From contig JARFYF010000017.1 of assembly GCA_030265395.1 (NCBI GenBank), forward strand, positions 19,215,843 through 19,279,777: DNA of 63,935 nucleotides, in the 5' to 3' direction. Positions 61,785 to 63,935 of this stretch are shown in pieces. Within the stretch, counting starts at the first letter, position 1. Each line of letters begins with the position of its first letter. The position numbers and the translations under genes were made by a program. The DNA is from Rhina ancylostomus. Lineage: Eukaryota. The notes under the pieces are model-generated. The model made no database searches. It saw only the letters and a list, made by a program, of their open reading frames with translations, and had not been told where the DNA came from.

Positions 61785-62546
61785 AGATGTAAATACCATG
61801 GATAAAGGCCTTTCTGTCCACCAGGACCATGTCACATAGTGTAGCGGTTAGCGTAATGCTATTACAGCACCAGCGACGTGGGTTCAATTCTGGCCGCTGT
61901 CTGTAAGGAGTTTGTACATTCTCCCCATGACTGTGTGTGTTTCCTCTGGGTGCTCCANNNNNNNNNNNNNNNNNNNNNNNNNNNNNNNNNNNNNNNNNNN
62001 NNNNNNNNNNNNNNNNNNNNNNNNNNNNNNNNNNNNNNNNNNNNNNNNNNNNNNNNNGTACAGTCTCCCCATGACTGTGTGTGTTTCCTCTGGGTGCTCC
62101 AGTCTCCTCACACATTCCAAAAGACATACAGGTTAGGAAGTTGTGGGCATGCTATGTTGGCACCGGAAGCATGACGACACTTGTGGGCTGCCCCCAAAAC
62201 ACTCTACGCAAAAGATGCATTTCACTGTGTGTTTCGATATACATGTGACTAATAAAGATACCTTATCAACTATCAAGCATCCATTTACAGTAATCCTATG
62301 CTAGTCCCTTTTTCATTCTCCCCCAGAATCTACCGATCACCTACATATGGGGGTATATTTATAGTGGCCAATTAGCCCACTAACTCACATGGGTTTAGAA
62401 TGTGCGAGAAACCGGAAGAGCACCTGGAGGAAATGCATATGTTCACAGGGAGAACATGCAAACTCCACACAGACAGCACCTGAGGTCAGGATTTAACCTG
62501 GGTCACTGGAGCTGTGAGGCAATGGCTCTACCAGCTGTGCCATTGT
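61785..62546 (-). mobile_element. Older V-domain SINE split by a younger SINE
   Basis: Head and V-domain at 62268-62546 (cacagggagaacatgcaaactccacacagacagcacc). Tail remnant at 61785-61833. Confidence 0.75.
61834..62266 (+). mobile_element. Young V-domain tRNA-SINE
   Basis: A-box-like tagtgtagcggt, B-box gggttcaattc, V-domain ggagtttgtacattctcccc..gggtgctcc, tail tacatgtgactaataaagataccttatc. Confidence 0.9.
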
Positions 62547-62610
62547 ATAATCCCTAGAAGTCTGGACTTCCTAACAGATATACTGCATCTAGATGGTGTT
62601 CCCCGGGATA

Positions 62611-63866
62611 CTTGCTAACATGCACACTGCAGCCCACCTGCAGTTCTCTGTGGCATGCAACAACATGCACATTGTTGCTAGCCAATTGTTTTACATGGAA
62701 CCCACCAACACAGGCACTACAGTTAGCTGATGGTTCTCTCCAGAATGTGTTAACCTGTGCACTGCAACTAGCCAGCTGTTGTCTGCTGAATGCACTAGTG
62801 CATGCACAGCAGCTAGTTAGTTAGCAGTTAGCAGTTCACAAAAGAACTTGCTGATGAGCACACTGCAAGGAACACTTTATTGCAGCCAGCAGGTGATTCT
62901 CCATGAAATGCACAAAAGTGTGCAGTACAGCTGGGTGGTGGTTCTCTATGGAGTGCACTAACACACTGACTACAGGTAAACAGCGGATCTCAAGAGAAGG
63001 AGCTGAAATGTGCTCTGGAGCTGGCTGGTGAATCTCTGTGGAATGTCCTAACACATGGGCTGCAGCTAGTCAATGGTTCTGTATGGGACCTGCTTTTTTG
63101 CACTCAGCAGCTTGCTCACGATTCTGTGCAAAAGTGCTAATGCGTGAGCTGCAGCTAGCTAACAGTTCTGGGCAGCACCCACTTATATGTGCATTCCAGC
63201 CAGCCACACCTCTCTACAGAACCCACCAATATGCACACTGCAGATAACTGTGGTTCTCAATGGAACCCGCTCTCATGTGCACTGCAGCAAGCTGCAGTTC
63301 TCCATGGAATGTGTTAATGAACACACTGCAATTCTCTCCAGAACCCTCTAAAGTAGGAGCTGAAGCTAGTCAGTGATTCTGCACAGAATCCACTTACTTT
63401 CACATTATGGCTGGCTGGCAGTTCTCTATGAATGAACTAAGGTGCACACTTCAGGTAACTGGCAGTTGTCTATGGAGCCCACTTGCGGGTCCACCGAAGC
63501 TAGCCGCTGATCTTCACCAAATCCATTTATGTGAGCACAGGAATTAGATGTCAATTCTTTGTGGTACTTGCTAACTGAGTACACCACAGCTAGTCAGTAG
63601 TTCTGGACAGAATGCACGAACACATGCACAGCAGCTAGCTGGCAGTTCTCTGCCGAACTGGCTGACATTAGCACTACAGTGAGTCACTGATTTTCTAAGG
63701 AATGTAGTAATGTTGCACTCCAGCCAGAAGGCAGTTTTACAAAGAACTTCCAAACATGTACACTGCAGTGAAATCGTAGTGCTAACGTGCACACTGCTGC
63801 TTGCCGCAGTTTCCTGCAGAAACCACTAATGCATGCTCTGCACCCAGCCAGCAGTTCTCTCCAGAC
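62611..63866. repeat. Degenerate 45-bp minisatellite, about 27-28 units
   Basis: Unit starts at 62616, 62661, 62706, 62751 and 62796, again at 62959, 63004 and 63049, with occasional indels. Core CACTGCAGCTAGC..G..GTTCTC....GAA. Confidence 0.9.
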
Positions 63867-63935
63867 GCTTGCTTTTATTTCTGTGCTGTTGCTGCATCCC
63901 TCTTTCTAGTTGCTTGTGCTCCCTCCTGCTGGTCC

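Noticed and set aside
61834-61900. tRNA gene
   Set aside because: The A/B boxes belong to a SINE head followed by a V-domain. There is no complete cloverleaf.
62611-63866. CRISPR-like or protein-coding interpretation of the 45-bp array
   Set aside because: There is no constant-repeat/unique-spacer alternation and no cas genes, and the context is vertebrate. ORFs are ~70 aa at most with frame-breaking indels, and the variation fits CpG decay.

Overview
Eukaryotic, repeat-rich, non-coding (intronic or intergenic) DNA from a draft assembly with 13 N-gaps. The repeat set points to a cartilaginous fish, probably a ray (batoid); this is inferred from recalled family consensuses, not from a search. 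It includes CR1 LINEs, V-domain tRNA-SINEs, RTE, Rex1/Babar, L2, Penelope-derived palindromes and Harbinger relics. I found no intact host protein-coding gene, rRNA, tRNA or CRISPR array. The long ORFs are LINE ORF2 relics, antisense frames or gap-spanning artefacts. Beyond routine repeats, the notable items are: (i) a ~1.25 kb 45-bp tandem array whose variable columns are almost exactly deaminated CpGs, implying a 9-CpG ancestral unit; (ii) two decayed PIF/Harbinger transposases, one with a convergent Myb/SANT-like partner and degenerate TIRs; (iii) Penelope-derived elements with decayed minimal hammerhead-ribozyme motifs; (iv) a probable very old Ty3/Gypsy pol relic; (v) several TE-free, CpG-retaining blocks that look like conserved enhancers, including a ~5 kb zone with a candidate minus-strand non-coding exon; (vi) several nested insertions with readable target-site duplications. 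I cannot claim a new biological system from the sequence alone. Coordinates of decayed repeats are approximate.
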